From a virus: a DNA stretch of 64,000 nt. The stretch covers positions 113,709-177,708 of the IMG/VR virus record IMGVR_UViG_3300049830_000285. The stretch is one strand, 5' to 3'. The number at the start of each line of letters is the position of its first letter. Positions within the stretch are counted from its first letter, which is position 1. Positions 1 to 11,199 of this stretch are shown here, in pieces. The notes beneath the pieces were generated by a model. That model was not told where the DNA came from. It was given only the letters and a program-made list of their open reading frames with translations, and did no database searches. The translations under genes were made by a program, and so were the position numbers.

Positions 1-2
1 AT

Positions 3-3000
3 GACGGTAATCTCACCGAGACATTTGACAGAAGTGTCTACGTCGGCGCTGAAACTGGATTTTTTGTCAACGGATATCTTGTAAGTAATGCAATTGTAAA
101 AGGCATTTACTGGCTTCAAGGTGGCACAGACCCAAGAAAAAATAATATCATTTGGCATACAGACCATGAAGTGTATGTAACGCATACATCTGAATTAATT
201 GAAACAGATAATGCTCGATATTACAATCATCCATTAGTGTATTTCAAGCAAGCTGATATTGTTCAACTAACAGATGCTAAAGCTTCAACTACTAGCAATA
301 TCACTGATTTCGTGACTTCATGCCCATCTACTGTTGATGGCGTGGCTTTAATTGCCAATGACAGAGTATTAGTAAAAAATCAAACTAATAGTATTCAAAA
401 TGGAGTTTATACAGTTACAACTGTTGGTGCTGGTTCGAATGGACATTGGATACGCGCCACAGATATGGCGGCAGCAGTAACAGCTACAAGTGAATTCTAC
501 ATTCGAGTGACCAACGGCAATATTTTTGGTGGAAGCGCTTGGCATGTTAAAACCACTACATTAATTAACACTGATGCATTGAATTGGATAAATTTGATTT
601 TACGCCCAATTAACGATACATCTCGCACATTCAACAATTTACATCAACATGCATTTGACCCTAGTATCTATTTCGCTTTAACAGACAGCAATATTTATCG
701 TATTGATGATGTGTATGATGACGGAACTGATTCATGGACTGCGTTATCCGCATCTCAATTGATTTGGGAGGAAATGAATCAAGGAAGTCCAAGATGTATT
801 ATTTCGGACAGCACCGGAGATTTTGGAGTATTACGAGTCGGGACTAACAGGGGCATTTGGAAAAGTGCAAAAGCTGTCTGGGATAATACTGATGTTAATG
901 CGCCCTGGGTAAGAACAAGCCAACAATTCTTGACTTCACATGAACCCACTGTCTTCGTTGCAACTGATTTCTCAGACTATACAGAGTCGGTTGAATACAG
1001 CCACACACCGCCGACACCAACTTTGCAGCACAGCGTTGCTTATCAAGGATTTATTTGGGATACACCTAAACAACCTTGGGATAATTTCGTCTTTGAAAAA
1101 GATTACACAACATTTTGGGTAAATCCGTGGAATGGCGATAATGCCGATGTTGTGGTGTATATTGGAAACACCCCGAGTGATACGAACTATATTTTAACAC
1201 CAGAGCTGGGCAAAATACAATTTACATCAACTATTGGTCGCACCAATGCTCGCAAGGTCAAAATCACTATTCTTAGACCGGGCGCGTTTATTTCTGACAT
1301 TGGCACAATTCCACACGGTGAAATGCCCAATAGTTTTGTAACAAATGCCACTCAATCAACTGTTTTGAGTCAGGATTTTACTGCTCAAGATACGATTATT
1401 CATGTTGCTGATGAGGGGGCAATTCCTGTTGGAACCAATTATATCGAACTCAGAAACAGTATTAATCGCGAAAGACTTAATATTGTGGTGAATCCAAGTA
1501 CAAAAGAAATTACATTAGCTCATCCGCGCTCTGGAATTGTTACATTTCCAAAAACTACAACAAAGGTCTATGTAGTCAATGTTCAATCAGTTTTGGGTAT
1601 TGAAGATGAAATAACTAAAAAACAAACCAACGAAACATATCATTTAAATTCTCTTGGCGGCGTAAATACAATCCAGCTTTCTATTGCTGCAAAAAATCAT
1701 TACACTTCACCATCACTGTTTGACAATTATGGAAGTTATGCAAGACATGGATATAATGCTGACCGCGGCCCAAAAAATGCAATGTTTTTTGATTTTGGAA
1801 CAGACCCATATGATTCCACAAAATCCTCGTCAGCTTTTTACGTGGGCAACGACCCATTTGGTGGCATAGATTCTGCTGTAGAACCAACTTCTGTTTACTC
1901 TATTTATGGCGCTTCTCCATCAGGTGATAACATGCAGGTTGGAACCGACCAGGGCATGTGGTATTATTCATTATCAGAATCTCGATGGCTCAAATCCAGC
2001 TCATTGGGTCAGGCGCATAGAACTTATTTTATTCAAAATGTAGACTCTGTTTTGACAACTGGTACTGATTCGGGTGTTTATCAAAAAAACAACAATAGCT
2101 GGGCTTTAAACGCAACATATCCACAAACTGCTTTTGCCCAAGTTGACAATCAGCCCTGGAAAACAATTGGTGATGTCACCTATACTTATGATGCATGGGG
2201 TAAAGAAGATGGTTTGGCTTTCATTTTGCATCAAAGCGATTCATCAACTTTTGTTTCAGACCATTTTGATGCATTAGATGGAAGACGAGTTTACGGGTTG
2301 CACCATGACCAATTTATTCGCGTTAGCACAGATAGCCAGGGCAATACAACGCAAACTCTAGTAAATACATTGTATTTAGCCACAGAAGATGGATTATTTG
2401 CTGTTACCGAGGGTGGAAGAGATAGTAAATATAGTTCTGTTTTAACTGGCAGACAAATGTTTGGCGATAGCCGACCTATGATTGATGTGGCACTTCCAAG
2501 CGGCGGCACACAATCAGTTCCTGTAAAATTCTATAGCATAACAAAATCGCAAAGACCAAATAGTATTCCAATGATACTGTTCTCAAGTAATGGTGTTTAT
2601 GTTGTTCGAAATTGGAGATGGTGTGACCCAGACCCCGCAGCCGCCCCTCCTGTTCTAGATTTCTTCGCGGAATCTCACAGTTTAGCTGGAATTTCATGCT
2701 ACAGTTATCTGCAAACTTCTGAAGGCACAACACCAGTTGTCTACAAGCTCTTTGTAGCCACAGAAAAGGGTGTGTATAGAAGTTATAACGATGGTTATAC
2801 CTGGGAGCGCTGTGAGCGCATTGCAGGCGGTGATACGGCTGTTTATACTCTTGTGTCTTCTGGAACTGGTATTCTCGCAGGAACTGAACTTGGCTTTTAT
2901 TATTCCGATGACGACGGAGATACATGGTATCTTCCAGAAGATAACGGAAATGGTGTAGCTGAATTTGCCTCAGTTGTGTCAACTTCTATTGCTTTCAATG

Positions 3001-6000
3001 GTGGATATTTAGCGCAAACTTTTAAACTAGATGCAATATCTAATGATGTTACCAAAGTCGCACTCCATCTATCTCTTAAAGATTTGACGAATAACCCTGC
3101 CTATAATGCATCGTTGAACAACACCCTTCAAGTTGCAATCTACACCACTAGTGGTGGTCAGCCAAATTCTCCAATCGCGACAGTCGGGACACCTGATACA
3201 ATTTTAGCTAGCGATGTTGCTTTTAGAGGTTGGCATTATGCCAATATATCTGTTACTGGATTAACACCCGGTGCGACCTATGCTCTCGTTGTCAATGAAA
3301 ATATTGCACCGGGTGGCGTGTCTGCTTTCAAATGGCACACCTCCAAAGTGTTGAATCCCTACCCTGAGGGAAAAGCGTTTCAAGGGGCGTCTTGGACTTC
3401 TTTAACAACTCAGGATTACTACTTTAGAGTGTATCAGCCAGCACCTCCAATTGCTACTGAAACTATTGAGCCTGTTGGCTATTATGACAACACACATCCT
3501 ATCGGCTGGAGAGAAGGCGAGGGCAGGGGATGGTATGTATCAGGCGGACAATTAACTTCTAATATCAATCCATTAATTAGTTTAGTGGTAGATGACTCCC
3601 GTTCTGCAAAATGGAGTGACCCAAGTGTGACTAATCCAAGAGAAATTGCGATTAGCAATTTCTTATCCACAATCTTTCAGTTTACTGATGTTGTCCTTTC
3701 TGGAACTATATTTCCTGAGTTAGCGGGCGAAACATTTTATCCAACATTTGCTGATTTCTGGGTGTTTGGCTCTGGAATATTAGAGCGAACAAACGGTTAC
3801 ACTAATGATTTAATTGGAACTATTCAAGTTGTGGCATCAGCATTATATGAACGGGGTTCGTTAAGTGAACCTTATGATACATCAGAAATAGCTTTTGGTG
3901 CGCTTTCGCCACAGTCATTAGCCGATGCAATCGTAAAAGATAATGATGAAGATAACAACATTGAAAGAACAAAACGCATAGTTGAATATATGAATTCAAT
4001 CGGAGCTTTAAATCATGATGATATCGTTACTTATTGGAATTCATTAGCTGTCAGCGAACAAAGTGAATGGGGCACTACTGGTGGATTTTTAGATTCTAAT
4101 ATTCCATATTACTCTGACGTTAGAGGTTTTGTTCTTGGAAGATTCGGAGAATTATTCTGTCCGTTGGCAGTTGCTATTGTTGATGGTGACGGCGAGGGAA
4201 ATCCATCAGATGTAGCATTAATGTTACAAAGCGGCTGGGATGCAGACGGCATCAAGCCATTAGTTCTAGGATTGGGTTCTGGTCATCGACAGCAAGGGCT
4301 TAGAACAATGGCAACAGAAGCGCTTGGAAAACATGTTTCAATTGTAGATGGAACAGTCTCTACTGGAGATTGGGATAATACCATAATATCTATTTTACCG
4401 GGTGGCGAAAATACGGTTTATACTGCTATTTGGAATAGGATTTATGATTATGAAGAACCCACTTTCATTAGTGTAGTCGGAGCAAATTGGATTTCAACTA
4501 TCGGGTCAAGCGTAGTTCTTCAATACCGATATACCATGGATAGAGTAAATTGGTCTCCTTGGATAACACATAGTGGTGGCGGGTCTGAACTTACCATCGG
4601 TCTTAAGCTTCTGGGAATTGAATATCATGTAGAATTGCAAGAAGGTATAGACTTTGGGGAAAAATCGCTATCTAGTATTAGCTCTCTATATCACAAAGTT
4701 ATCACTCCTGGGTATAAGTATTTATTTACAAAACCGCAAGATGTTGATGGTATGGTGTTTGAGTATTTGTTATCTCAAGACACAGGAACAGATTGGCCTT
4801 CAACTGCCGATTTACAATGGGGAATCATAAGAGGCGACTCTGTTGATTTCGCTGATTTCGAACAAATGCGCAAAAACCGAAAGGGCGCTTTGCCAAATCG
4901 ACAGGCAAGCTTGCAATTTACAGAAGAAGTAAAGCAAGATAAATTAGCTACCGTTACAAGTGATTTTCATTACTATTATGTAAAGAATAGCGCTGGACAA
5001 ACAGTTACATGGTCAACTACAGACATCATTACCGTTTATGCGCTTGTGCTGGGGCAATATCGCGAAGTAGTCCCGGATGGTTCTGATGGTGATTTTGGAT
5101 TTGTGTATTTTGCAAATGCTCAACCATCAGATTTGATTATCAAAGTAACAATTGTAACACCTCAGCATTTGTACACATCTAGCGGAGAAGCCACCACTAC
5201 AAAAGATGGGCGAACTTATGTTCTGGCTAATGGTAGCTGGCCGAAAGACGCAACTGCGATAGTTATTGTTAATGGAAAAATCAAACGCGGGGGATTCTGG
5301 TTATCTCCAGATGATGGTACTGTCACTTTTTCCAAAGAAAGAGAGAGAACAGACCTCGTAACAGTATATATTGAATTTAATCATAAATTCCGCGTGGGAG
5401 TGGAAATTAAGAACTACTCTACTGTTTCAGATGTTACACCGTCGAACTTTGGTTTGTTCTATACAGCTAAGCCAGATGGAAGATTGGTTTTCTTATATGA
5501 CAATACTAATCCTCCAGCTATTGTTGACAATCTTGTTTCTATCTTACCAAATGGATATCATGAGCCAACATCGAGTCAGAGATTGCTTTTGAATTATGTG
5601 TTTTATTCTAGTGACAACAACACTGAGCGCGGCACAAAAACAACATGGTGGAGAAAAAGACCATCAGACCCGGCTACATATTCACTGCCAGAAGACCCCG
5701 ATTATCCAGGACAAAACTTCCGGCAAATGACTTATGAAAATATTGAAACAGTTGGAATGACCAATAGACACTTCCCGGAATACAACAATCGTACTGTTGA
5801 GCGAAAAGCAGATGTTAATGCGAGCGATTGGTTTAAGACTTCAGATATTATTCGAGTGAAAGTCACTCCATCTGATGGAATATCTGATGGAATTATAGTT
5901 CAATCGTCTGCGACAACTCTTACAGGTGAGCATGTTCCATATGTATCTGGTGTAACTATTTCTGCGACTGGCAAGGTTGAAGAGCCTGCATCTAGTGGTA

Positions 6001-6275
6001 AGTTTTACGTTCCTGCTGGAACCGAGCTGCGAGCTTATTATTCATACACAGACACGGACACGGGAACTGTTGTTATCAATGGCACCACCCACACTAGTTT
6101 AGTGGAATGGTTTGTTAATGACTCAACTACTGTTTATTCGACGCTGCCAGCGATTCCAGCGGGAACTATTACGGCAGGCCAATCAATTAGCTTTAGAGTT
6201 ACACCAAGAGACGGGGCTTTACCTAGCGCTCACATTGGAATTCCAGTAATGAGCGAAAATGTGGTTGTTCGTTAA
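3..6275 (+). CDS. Very large virion structural protein (tail fibre/baseplate-associated), 5'-truncated by the window edge
   Basis: The frame is open from base 3, upstream of the listed GTG at 171. It has a DRVLVKNQ..QNGVY motif typical of phage tail/structural proteins, Asp-box (BNR) repeats RSYNDGYTW and YSDDDGDTW, and a Thr/Ser/Gly-rich beta composition. Confidence 0.75.
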   Translation, partial: DGNLTETFDRSVYVGAETGFFVNGYLVSNAIVKGIYWLQGGTDPRKNNIIWHTDHEVYVTHTSELIETDNARYYNHPLVYFKQADIVQLTDAKASTTSNITDFVTSCPSTVDGVALIANDRVLVKNQTNSIQNGVYTVTTVGAGSNGHWIRATDMAAAVTATSEFYIRVTNGNIFGGSAWHVKTTTLINTDALNWINLILRPINDTSRTFNNLHQHAFDPSIYFALTDSNIYRIDDVYDDGTDSWTALSASQLIWEEMNQGSPRCIISDSTGDFGVLRVGTNRGIWKSAKAVWDNTDVNAPWVRTSQQFLTSHEPTVFVATDFSDYTESVEYSHTPPTPTLQHSVAYQGFIWDTPKQPWDNFVFEKDYTTFWVNPWNGDNADVVVYIGNTPSDTNYILTPELGKIQFTSTIGRTNARKVKITILRPGAFISDIGTIPHGEMPNSFVTNATQSTVLSQDFTAQDTIIHVADEGAIPVGTNYIELRNSINRERLNIVVNPSTKEITLAHPRSGIVTFPKTTTKVYVVNVQSVLGIEDEITKKQTNETYHLNSLGGVNTIQLSIAAKNHYTSPSLFDNYGSYARHGYNADRGPKNAMFFDFGTDPYDSTKSSSAFYVGNDPFGGIDSAVEPTSVYSIYGASPSGDNMQVGTDQGMWYYSLSESRWLKSSSLGQAHRTYFIQNVDSVLTTGTDSGVYQKNNNSWALNATYPQTAFAQVDNQPWKTIGDVTYTYDAWGKEDGLAFILHQSDSSTFVSDHFDALDGRRVYGLHHDQFIRVSTDSQGNTTQTLVNTLYLATEDGLFAVTEGGRDSKYSSVLTGRQMFGDSRPMIDVALPSGGTQSVPVKFYSITKSQRPNSIPMILFSSNGVYVVRNWRWCDPDPAAAPPVLDFFAESHSLAGISCYSYLQTSEGTTPVVYKLFVATEKGVYRSYNDGYTWERCERIAGGDTAVYTLVSSGTGILAGTELGFYYSDDDGDTWYLPEDNGNGVAEFASVVSTSIAFNGGYLAQTFKLDAISNDVTKVALHLSLKDLTNNPAYNASLNNTLQVAIYTTSGGQPNSPIATVGTPDTILASDVAFRGWHYANISVTGLTPGATYALVVNENIAPGGVSAFKWHTSKVLNPYPEGKAFQGASWTSLTTQDYYFRVYQPAPPIATETIEPVGYYDNTHPIGWREGEGRGWYVSGGQLTSNINPLISLVVDDSRSAKWSDPSVTNPREIAISNFLSTIFQFTDVVLSGTIFPELAGETFYPTFADFWVFGSGILERTNGYTNDLIGTIQVVASALYERGSLSEPYDTSEIAFGALSPQSLADAIVKDNDEDNNIERTKRIVEYMNSIGALNHDDIVTYWNSLAVSEQSEWGTTGGFLDSNIPYYSDVRGFVLGRFGELFCPLAVAIVDGDGEGNPSDVALMLQSGWDADGIKPLVLGLGSGHRQQGLRTMATEALGKHVSIVDGTVSTGDWDNTIISILPGGENTVYTAIWNRIYDYEEPTFISVVGANWISTIGSSVVLQYRYTMDRVNWSPWITHSGGGSELTIGLKLLGIEYHVELQEGIDFGEKSLSSISSLYHKVITPGYKYLFTKPQDVDGMVFEYLLSQDTGTDWPSTADLQWGIIRGDSVDFADFEQMRKNRKGALPNRQASLQFTEEVKQDKLATVTSDFHYYYVKNSAGQTVTWSTTDIITVYALVLGQYREVVPDGSDGDFGFVYFANAQPSDLIIKVTIVTPQHLYTSSGEATTTKDGRTYVLANGSWPKDATAIVIVNGKIKRGGFWLSPDDGTVTFSKERERTDLVTVYIEFNHKFRVGVEIKNYSTVSDVTPSNFGLFYTAKPDGRLVFLYDNTNPPAIVDNLVSILPNGYHEPTSSQRLLLNYVFYSSDNNTERGTKTTWWRKRPSDPATYSLPEDPDYPGQNFRQMTYENIETVGMTNRHFPEYNNRTVERKADVNASDWFKTSDIIRVKVTPSDGISDGIIVQSSATTLTGEHVPYVSGVTISATGKVEEPASSGKFYVPAGTELRAYYSYTDTDTGTVVINGTTHTSLVEWFVNDSTTVYSTLPAIPAGTITAGQSISFRVTPRDGALPSAHIGIPVMSENVVVR

Positions 6276-7057
6276 TCTAAAACGACATGTGGATATTGTG
6301 CTACATCATCAAGCAAATCTTGATTGGAAAATTGTTTTCTGTTAATAGTTCTCCAACCATTGCTTGAAAGTGTTTTGTCCGAGGGACAGATGCTTCTCGT
6401 GGTTCTTCCATGCTCACCGTAATGCAAAATTTGAGCATTGTGAATTCTGTCATGTGGATTTTTCGACCTATCAAGGCGAATAAAATCATCTTCAAGAAAT
6501 CTCTCCAATCGCACTCTAAATGCCCACATTAATTCTCCATGGCAAACAATTACAACGTTTTTGTCACCAGAATATTCACGATGTAAAGTGTCTAACACTC
6601 TATCTACGCGAAGGCAAAGATTAGAAATTGATTCTCCGTTTGGCGGAGCACCATAAAATGGGTCTTCTTGCTTGAAAGAAGAAGCGCCTGTTCTTTCAAC
6701 AAAATCGCGTAATCCGACATCTCCCCAATCTCGCTCACGAAGATATGGTTCAACTTTCCATTGGGCATCTTTAAGATTTAAAGCAGCAGCGGTTTCTTTT
6801 GCGCGAACAAAATCAGATACAAAAAAACCATCGAATTTCAGCTTGATGTTATGCCTTAAATAATCGCCAGCCACTTCAGCTTGTTGGTGACCAAGTTCGG
6901 TTAATCGCCACTTCGAACCAGTTCTGCTCAATACAGATTTGTCTAATGCATCGAATTGCCTAGTTCCTTGGCGCAATTCATGCACCAATTTGTTAAATTC
7001 TGATTCACCATGTCGAACTAAGATGATATTTTTTGGTAACACATTATATGTTACCAT
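6272..7057 (-). CDS. Histidine phosphatase (phosphoglycerate mutase) family protein
   Basis: RHGES motif, SDFVRAKET, LRER, and VCHG catalytic His. Confidence 0.9.
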   Translation of the reverse strand: MVTYNVLPKNIILVRHGESEFNKLVHELRQGTRQFDALDKSVLSRTGSKWRLTELGHQQAEVAGDYLRHNIKLKFDGFFVSDFVRAKETAAALNLKDAQWKVEPYLRERDWGDVGLRDFVERTGASSFKQEDPFYGAPPNGESISNLCLRVDRVLDTLHREYSGDKNVVIVCHGELMWAFRVRLERFLEDDFIRLDRSKNPHDRIHNAQILHYGEHGRTTRSICPSDKTLSSNGWRTINRKQFSNQDLLDDVAQYPHVVLD

Positions 7058-7065
7058 AAATATTC

Positions 7066-8400
7066 TTAAGCTGCGCTTTTAACCCAGATTTCTAGCATAT
7101 CGCCGTCAACACCATTATCAGATGCGATAGAGATAGCAGACAAGGTGATACCAGTAATCGCGGTGGCACCAATCGCAAATCGAGTACCAACAGAAGAGCC
7201 AACTGGAATAGTAACAGTCTGAAGACTGGTAGTTAAATCAGCTTTTTGCACAACAAGTGTCGCAATAATTTCATCTGTAGTGGCTGCACTACCATTTCCA
7301 ACAATTCTGACTTCAAGATTTGAATTTAATGAAATACCACACATAGTAGTTTGAGTGAAAGCTAGTGCTGTTGTGCCCATAGTAATAGCCGCGTTAGTGG
7401 ACATATAGAACTTTTTAGAGCCATTTGTTGAACCAGATGTGACATAAACTGCCATTCCATATGATACTTCGGTTGCTGATGAAGCGTCTGCATCAGTAGC
7501 TCGCACAAGCATCCAGGGTACTGATGCACTTCCGATACTGGCAACTACATATACACCATTTTGGAACGCAGAAGCTTGGTCTTTAACCAACAGTCTGTCT
7601 CCAGCAGCTAAGGTGATACCATCTTGCGCAGCCAATGCTGCGTTTCCGCCAGCAGTCAGGGTCGCGCCAACGCCAGCAGTACCATTAGCATAGGTGGGAG
7701 TGTTGGGAAGAACTCCAGTTGTTGCTGCTTTGGCATCTGTAACATCATGAACAGTGGTGAGAGTGGCAGGCCAAGCTCCGCTGGCTTTTGTAACTGTTCC
7801 TACTTTAACAATTAATTCTTCTACCATTTGGTCGCGCCACAACTTTCTAAACCCCGATGTGAAAAACGGGTCATTAACGCCAGTTGAGGTTGCGTTCCAT
7901 TTGTCTCTGAATTTCTTGCTGGAATAAGCGGCTTTAGAATATGTTTCAAGCGCTGTGCAGCAAGCTTTCATGACTGGCTGAACATCAGATGTCATTTTCT
8001 TTTCAACTGTGCGAAAAGATGATGCGAGAGCGGCGGCATTATCATATTCAGTTGACACCATGTTAGTATTTACTGTTTGTCGTGCGTTAGCGATTGTTGT
8101 AAGTGCATCAATGCCACCCGCCACCGTTCCTAACACCGATGTATAACCTGTACCCAAATCAGTTGTGATACTTAAAACTTTTGTTTTGTCGTCAAGAGCC
8201 ATAATACTTACCTCGAAGTCCATTGCCTGTACTTCGTTCTTAATAGTTTCTTCTGGAATTTCTGACAAAGCCCCTACTGACGGCTCAACCATTTTTTCTA
8301 CTGTTTTTGCAGGGCTTTCAACAGCTTTTACTTTCTTATCTTGAATAACAGGTGTAGATTCCTCGTTTTCTTCTGGTGTGATTTTCTTTTCGTCTGCCAT
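7066..8400 (-). CDS. Putative virion structural protein
   Basis: The DRLLVKDQ..QNGVYVV..RATDAD segment is homologous to the one in the large ORF at 3-6275. Confidence 0.6.
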   Translation of the reverse strand: MADEKKITPEENEESTPVIQDKKVKAVESPAKTVEKMVEPSVGALSEIPEETIKNEVQAMDFEVSIMALDDKTKVLSITTDLGTGYTSVLGTVAGGIDALTTIANARQTVNTNMVSTEYDNAAALASSFRTVEKKMTSDVQPVMKACCTALETYSKAAYSSKKFRDKWNATSTGVNDPFFTSGFRKLWRDQMVEELIVKVGTVTKASGAWPATLTTVHDVTDAKAATTGVLPNTPTYANGTAGVGATLTAGGNAALAAQDGITLAAGDRLLVKDQASAFQNGVYVVASIGSASVPWMLVRATDADASSATEVSYGMAVYVTSGSTNGSKKFYMSTNAAITMGTTALAFTQTTMCGISLNSNLEVRIVGNGSAATTDEIIATLVVQKADLTTSLQTVTIPVGSSVGTRFAIGATAITGITLSAISIASDNGVDGDMLEIWVKSAA

Positions 8401-8425
8401 GATGCCCTCAAGATATGTTTAAAAT

Positions 8426-8461
8426 AAAAAAGCCCAGGAACCTGTTGGTTCCTGGGCTTTT
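8426..8461. terminator. Bidirectional intrinsic terminator
   Basis: 11-bp stem gcccaggaacc/ggttcctgggc flanked by A and T tracts. Confidence 0.8.
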
Positions 8462-8472
8462 CTTTGTTTTTC

Positions 8473-8787
8473 TTAGTGTCCGCCGCGTCCACCTGAGCCA
8501 GCGTTTCCGCCGTTATTTCCACCAAAGCCACCATTATTTCCGCCGAAACCGCCATTGTTTCCGCTTCCAAATCCTCCACCGCCGAATCCGTTGTTGCGAT
8601 TACCCATTCGAGATAAGCTTGTTGGTTCGGGAGACATGTCAAATGTATATTTGCCAGATAAAATCATAGCAATCAATTGCGGGTCTGCGCTTCGGATGAT
8701 GATTTTTCGAGTAACCTTACCATCTTGTGCAAATGCTGATGCTGCTAAAATAGCAGATAGTGTGAGAATTGTGAAAAGTTTTTTCAT
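8473..8787 (-). CDS. Small secreted Gly/Asn-rich protein
   Basis: Sec-type signal MKKLFTILTLSAILAASAFA, followed by a GNNGGF-repeat tail. Confidence 0.7.
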   Translation of the reverse strand: MKKLFTILTLSAILAASAFAQDGKVTRKIIIRSADPQLIAMILSGKYTFDMSPEPTSLSRMGNRNNGFGGGGFGSGNNGGFGGNNGGFGGNNGGNAGSGGRGGH

Positions 8788-8825
8788 GTTATTGTTCTTT
8801 TTTACACGTGTTGTGTTGTTTTCCT

Positions 8826-9233
8826 TTAGAGTAATTTTAATTCTCCAGTGACTTCATTAATGCGGTGAGCGTAGTTTGGGCCAATAGCTAAACAAGTATA
8901 TGTTGGCACTCCATCGAATTCTGTTCTGCCAGCATCTAAAATCAAATGTACGCGCAACCCCTTTTCTTTTGCTCGTTCATAGATTTGATGCAACTCTTCT
9001 TCGCTTTCTACCCGGACGCATACTTTTGTAAATGCATCTGTTAGCCAAGCTCGTTCTTCGGAATCAAATTCGATTGTTTTAGCTTGTTTTCCGTTTTTAC
9101 GAAATCCAACTTTGTCAGATAAAAAACTCAAGCTAGCATGTGCGCCTTGGGCTACCATTTTGCCCTTACGCATATTCAGGTCATTGCGCATCACGATAAC
9201 CTGTTTAACTTCTAAACCTGGTGTTTCACCCAT
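8826..9233 (-). CDS. pth2: Peptidyl-tRNA hydrolase, Pth2 (archaeal/eukaryotic-type) family
   Basis: KQVIVMRNDLNMRKGKMVAQGAHA, KVCVRV, DAGRTEF, TCLAIGP. Confidence 0.92.
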   Translation of the reverse strand: MGETPGLEVKQVIVMRNDLNMRKGKMVAQGAHASLSFLSDKVGFRKNGKQAKTIEFDSEERAWLTDAFTKVCVRVESEEELHQIYERAKEKGLRVHLILDAGRTEFDGVPTYTCLAIGPNYAHRINEVTGELKLL

Positions 9234-9235
9234 TA

Positions 9236-9562
9236 CTATTTCCTTTTCTTTCGTTCTTTCGAATTGTTAGACGAGCCACCCTGCGGTGTGTTTTGCTCAT
9301 ATTTTCTTCCAGTGATGTGTTGCTCGCTGTCAAGCCACCCAAGCCATTGCTTAACTTGAGAATACGCCCCACTATCAAACAAATATTGAATCATCACAAC
9401 CTTTTCGTTGTATTCGGTTCGTCGCTCCTTACTCCATCGGTTGGCGTTTTCTTTTTTACTAACCGAACCAAGGGTGAAAATTTTGTTCATTTCAGCAGCG
9501 GCGAGTTTTCTATCAATTGATGCGTCGGATTGATAGTTTCCGTTTTTTGTATTTTTAGCCAT
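9236..9562 (-). CDS. Hypothetical protein
   Basis: ORF tightly packed between its neighbours. Confidence 0.55.
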   Translation of the reverse strand: MAKNTKNGNYQSDASIDRKLAAAEMNKIFTLGSVSKKENANRWSKERRTEYNEKVVMIQYLFDSGAYSQVKQWLGWLDSEQHITGRKYEQNTPQGGSSNNSKERKKRK

Positions 9563-10547
9563 AGATTAAACCGTGTAGTTGTTCTGCCTGTTCCATGATA
9601 ACATTTCCAAGCTCTAATTCTTGCAATAACAGGACTGGTAATGATTGTACACCATTTTGCGTGCCAATTAGCTGTCCTGTGATACTTCCTGTAGAATCTG
9701 AATCTCCACTGTGATTTACAGCATTAATTATCGCGTCTAAAAAGGTGTCATTTTTCAAAGCACAATAGATACTCATAGCTAGTGCTTCATCTCCAGTCCA
9801 TCCTTCTCCAATGTCGCTGAAATGCTCATGATTAAATTTGCTATCCAATGCATGTAATTCTTGAGCTAATTCCCATAATTTTATTGTTCCGCAGCTATTT
9901 TCTTCTTTCTTAATAAAATCAAAAGTGTCAGATTGTGCAATTTCAAATGTTTTATTATGATGGGTTATTAACGAAATCATTCGAGCAAGTGCCCCAGCGG
10001 GAATAAATCCATCAACATCGTGGTGGGTGACAAGAGCACACATCTTACCAGCACAATAAGCTTCATCTGGGTCATTGAGGGTTAATCCAATAGGTGCAGA
10101 ACGCATTACGCCACCACAACCTTTACTTCTATTGTTAATGGTTATTCCCGTGTCTTTTAGTTGTTTTAGCGACCCAAGGCAGGTTAGTCCCGGCGCTCTT
10201 TGTGACCAAAGTTCTTTATGTTGCATGATTTTTAAACGAGCGGCACCATCATAATCATTTTCTTGAGTTTCAAGCCAATATAAATATGCCTGTGTTAAAA
10301 TCACTTCAAATGGAATGCTTTGTCTAGATTGAAAAAATTGGCACAATGCATCAACGGTAAACATTGTCATCTGGGTGTCGTCAGTGATGGCACCTTTTCT
10401 ACCATAGGCAAAATCAAAATCTTGAATACCTTTTTCGCCATAAGCATGTTTTATGGCTCCCCATTTCATAAACTCAACCGGGGCACCCAAGGCATCTCCG
10501 ATAGCGCCGCCAGCCAAACATCCTTGAAAGCGCTCTAATGTGGTCAT
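9555..10547 (-). CDS. ADP-ribosylglycohydrolase (ARH/DraG family)
   Basis: GGAIGDALG, TDDTQM, GCGGVMRSAP, HSGDSDSTGSITG; start placed at MTTLERF. Confidence 0.92.
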   Translation of the reverse strand: MTTLERFQGCLAGGAIGDALGAPVEFMKWGAIKHAYGEKGIQDFDFAYGRKGAITDDTQMTMFTVDALCQFFQSRQSIPFEVILTQAYLYWLETQENDYDGAARLKIMQHKELWSQRAPGLTCLGSLKQLKDTGITINNRSKGCGGVMRSAPIGLTLNDPDEAYCAGKMCALVTHHDVDGFIPAGALARMISLITHHNKTFEIAQSDTFDFIKKEENSCGTIKLWELAQELHALDSKFNHEHFSDIGEGWTGDEALAMSIYCALKNDTFLDAIINAVNHSGDSDSTGSITGQLIGTQNGVQSLPVLLLQELELGNVIMEQAEQLHGLIYG

Positions 10548-10566
10548 GTGTATATTATACTCTATA

Positions 10567-11148
10567 TTAAAATCCTCTAGCTTTCCTAGCATGGTGCAGT
10601 AGACTTCTGGCTGCCTCTTCTGCTTCTTCTGGCTTTAAAGCCATCCAAGAAATGGTTTGCGAGAAATCAGTTACAACACAACCGTCTTCATGACCTATTC
10701 TCCATTTGAAATCCTGCGATGGCGCTGCTTGCTGTGTGGTTTCGGATTCATAAAATGGAACAAATTCACCGACAATAAAGGAGGATATCTTCCCGAGATT
10801 CATGTATTTTTTGTCTGCCTTCGGTAAAACAACAATAGCTAACACAGAGTCGTCTAACGGCTGAATTCTCAACGAGTGCTCTCCGCTAATGATTTCATAT
10901 TCAAAACCAGTTTCGCCAATGACTTTACTCCAATGCTGCCCGTGGCTTATGTGTAATTCACACATACCTGAAATAATTTTCACAGCAAAATTATTCATCC
11001 AATCCCATGATTGAATTTTATCAATTTTATGAAGTTCTAACACCCAATCATCAACGACGCAATGAACAGAACTCGTGCCGCATGAAATCCACTTGCCCTT
11101 TAATAGCCGTGGCATATCATTTTCCAGTTTACGCAAAGCGTTAAGCAT
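10567..11148 (-). CDS. Hypothetical protein
   Basis: Long ORF; likely start 6 nt after a TATAAT box. Confidence 0.55.
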   Translation of the reverse strand: MLNALRKLENDMPRLLKGKWISCGTSSVHCVVDDWVLELHKIDKIQSWDWMNNFAVKIISGMCELHISHGQHWSKVIGETGFEYEIISGEHSLRIQPLDDSVLAIVVLPKADKKYMNLGKISSFIVGEFVPFYESETTQQAAPSQDFKWRIGHEDGCVVTDFSQTISWMALKPEEAEEAARSLLHHARKARGF

Positions 11149-11199
11149 GATGTTATTATACTCTTTCCTCAAACTGTATATCAAATGTGGTAAGAAAAA

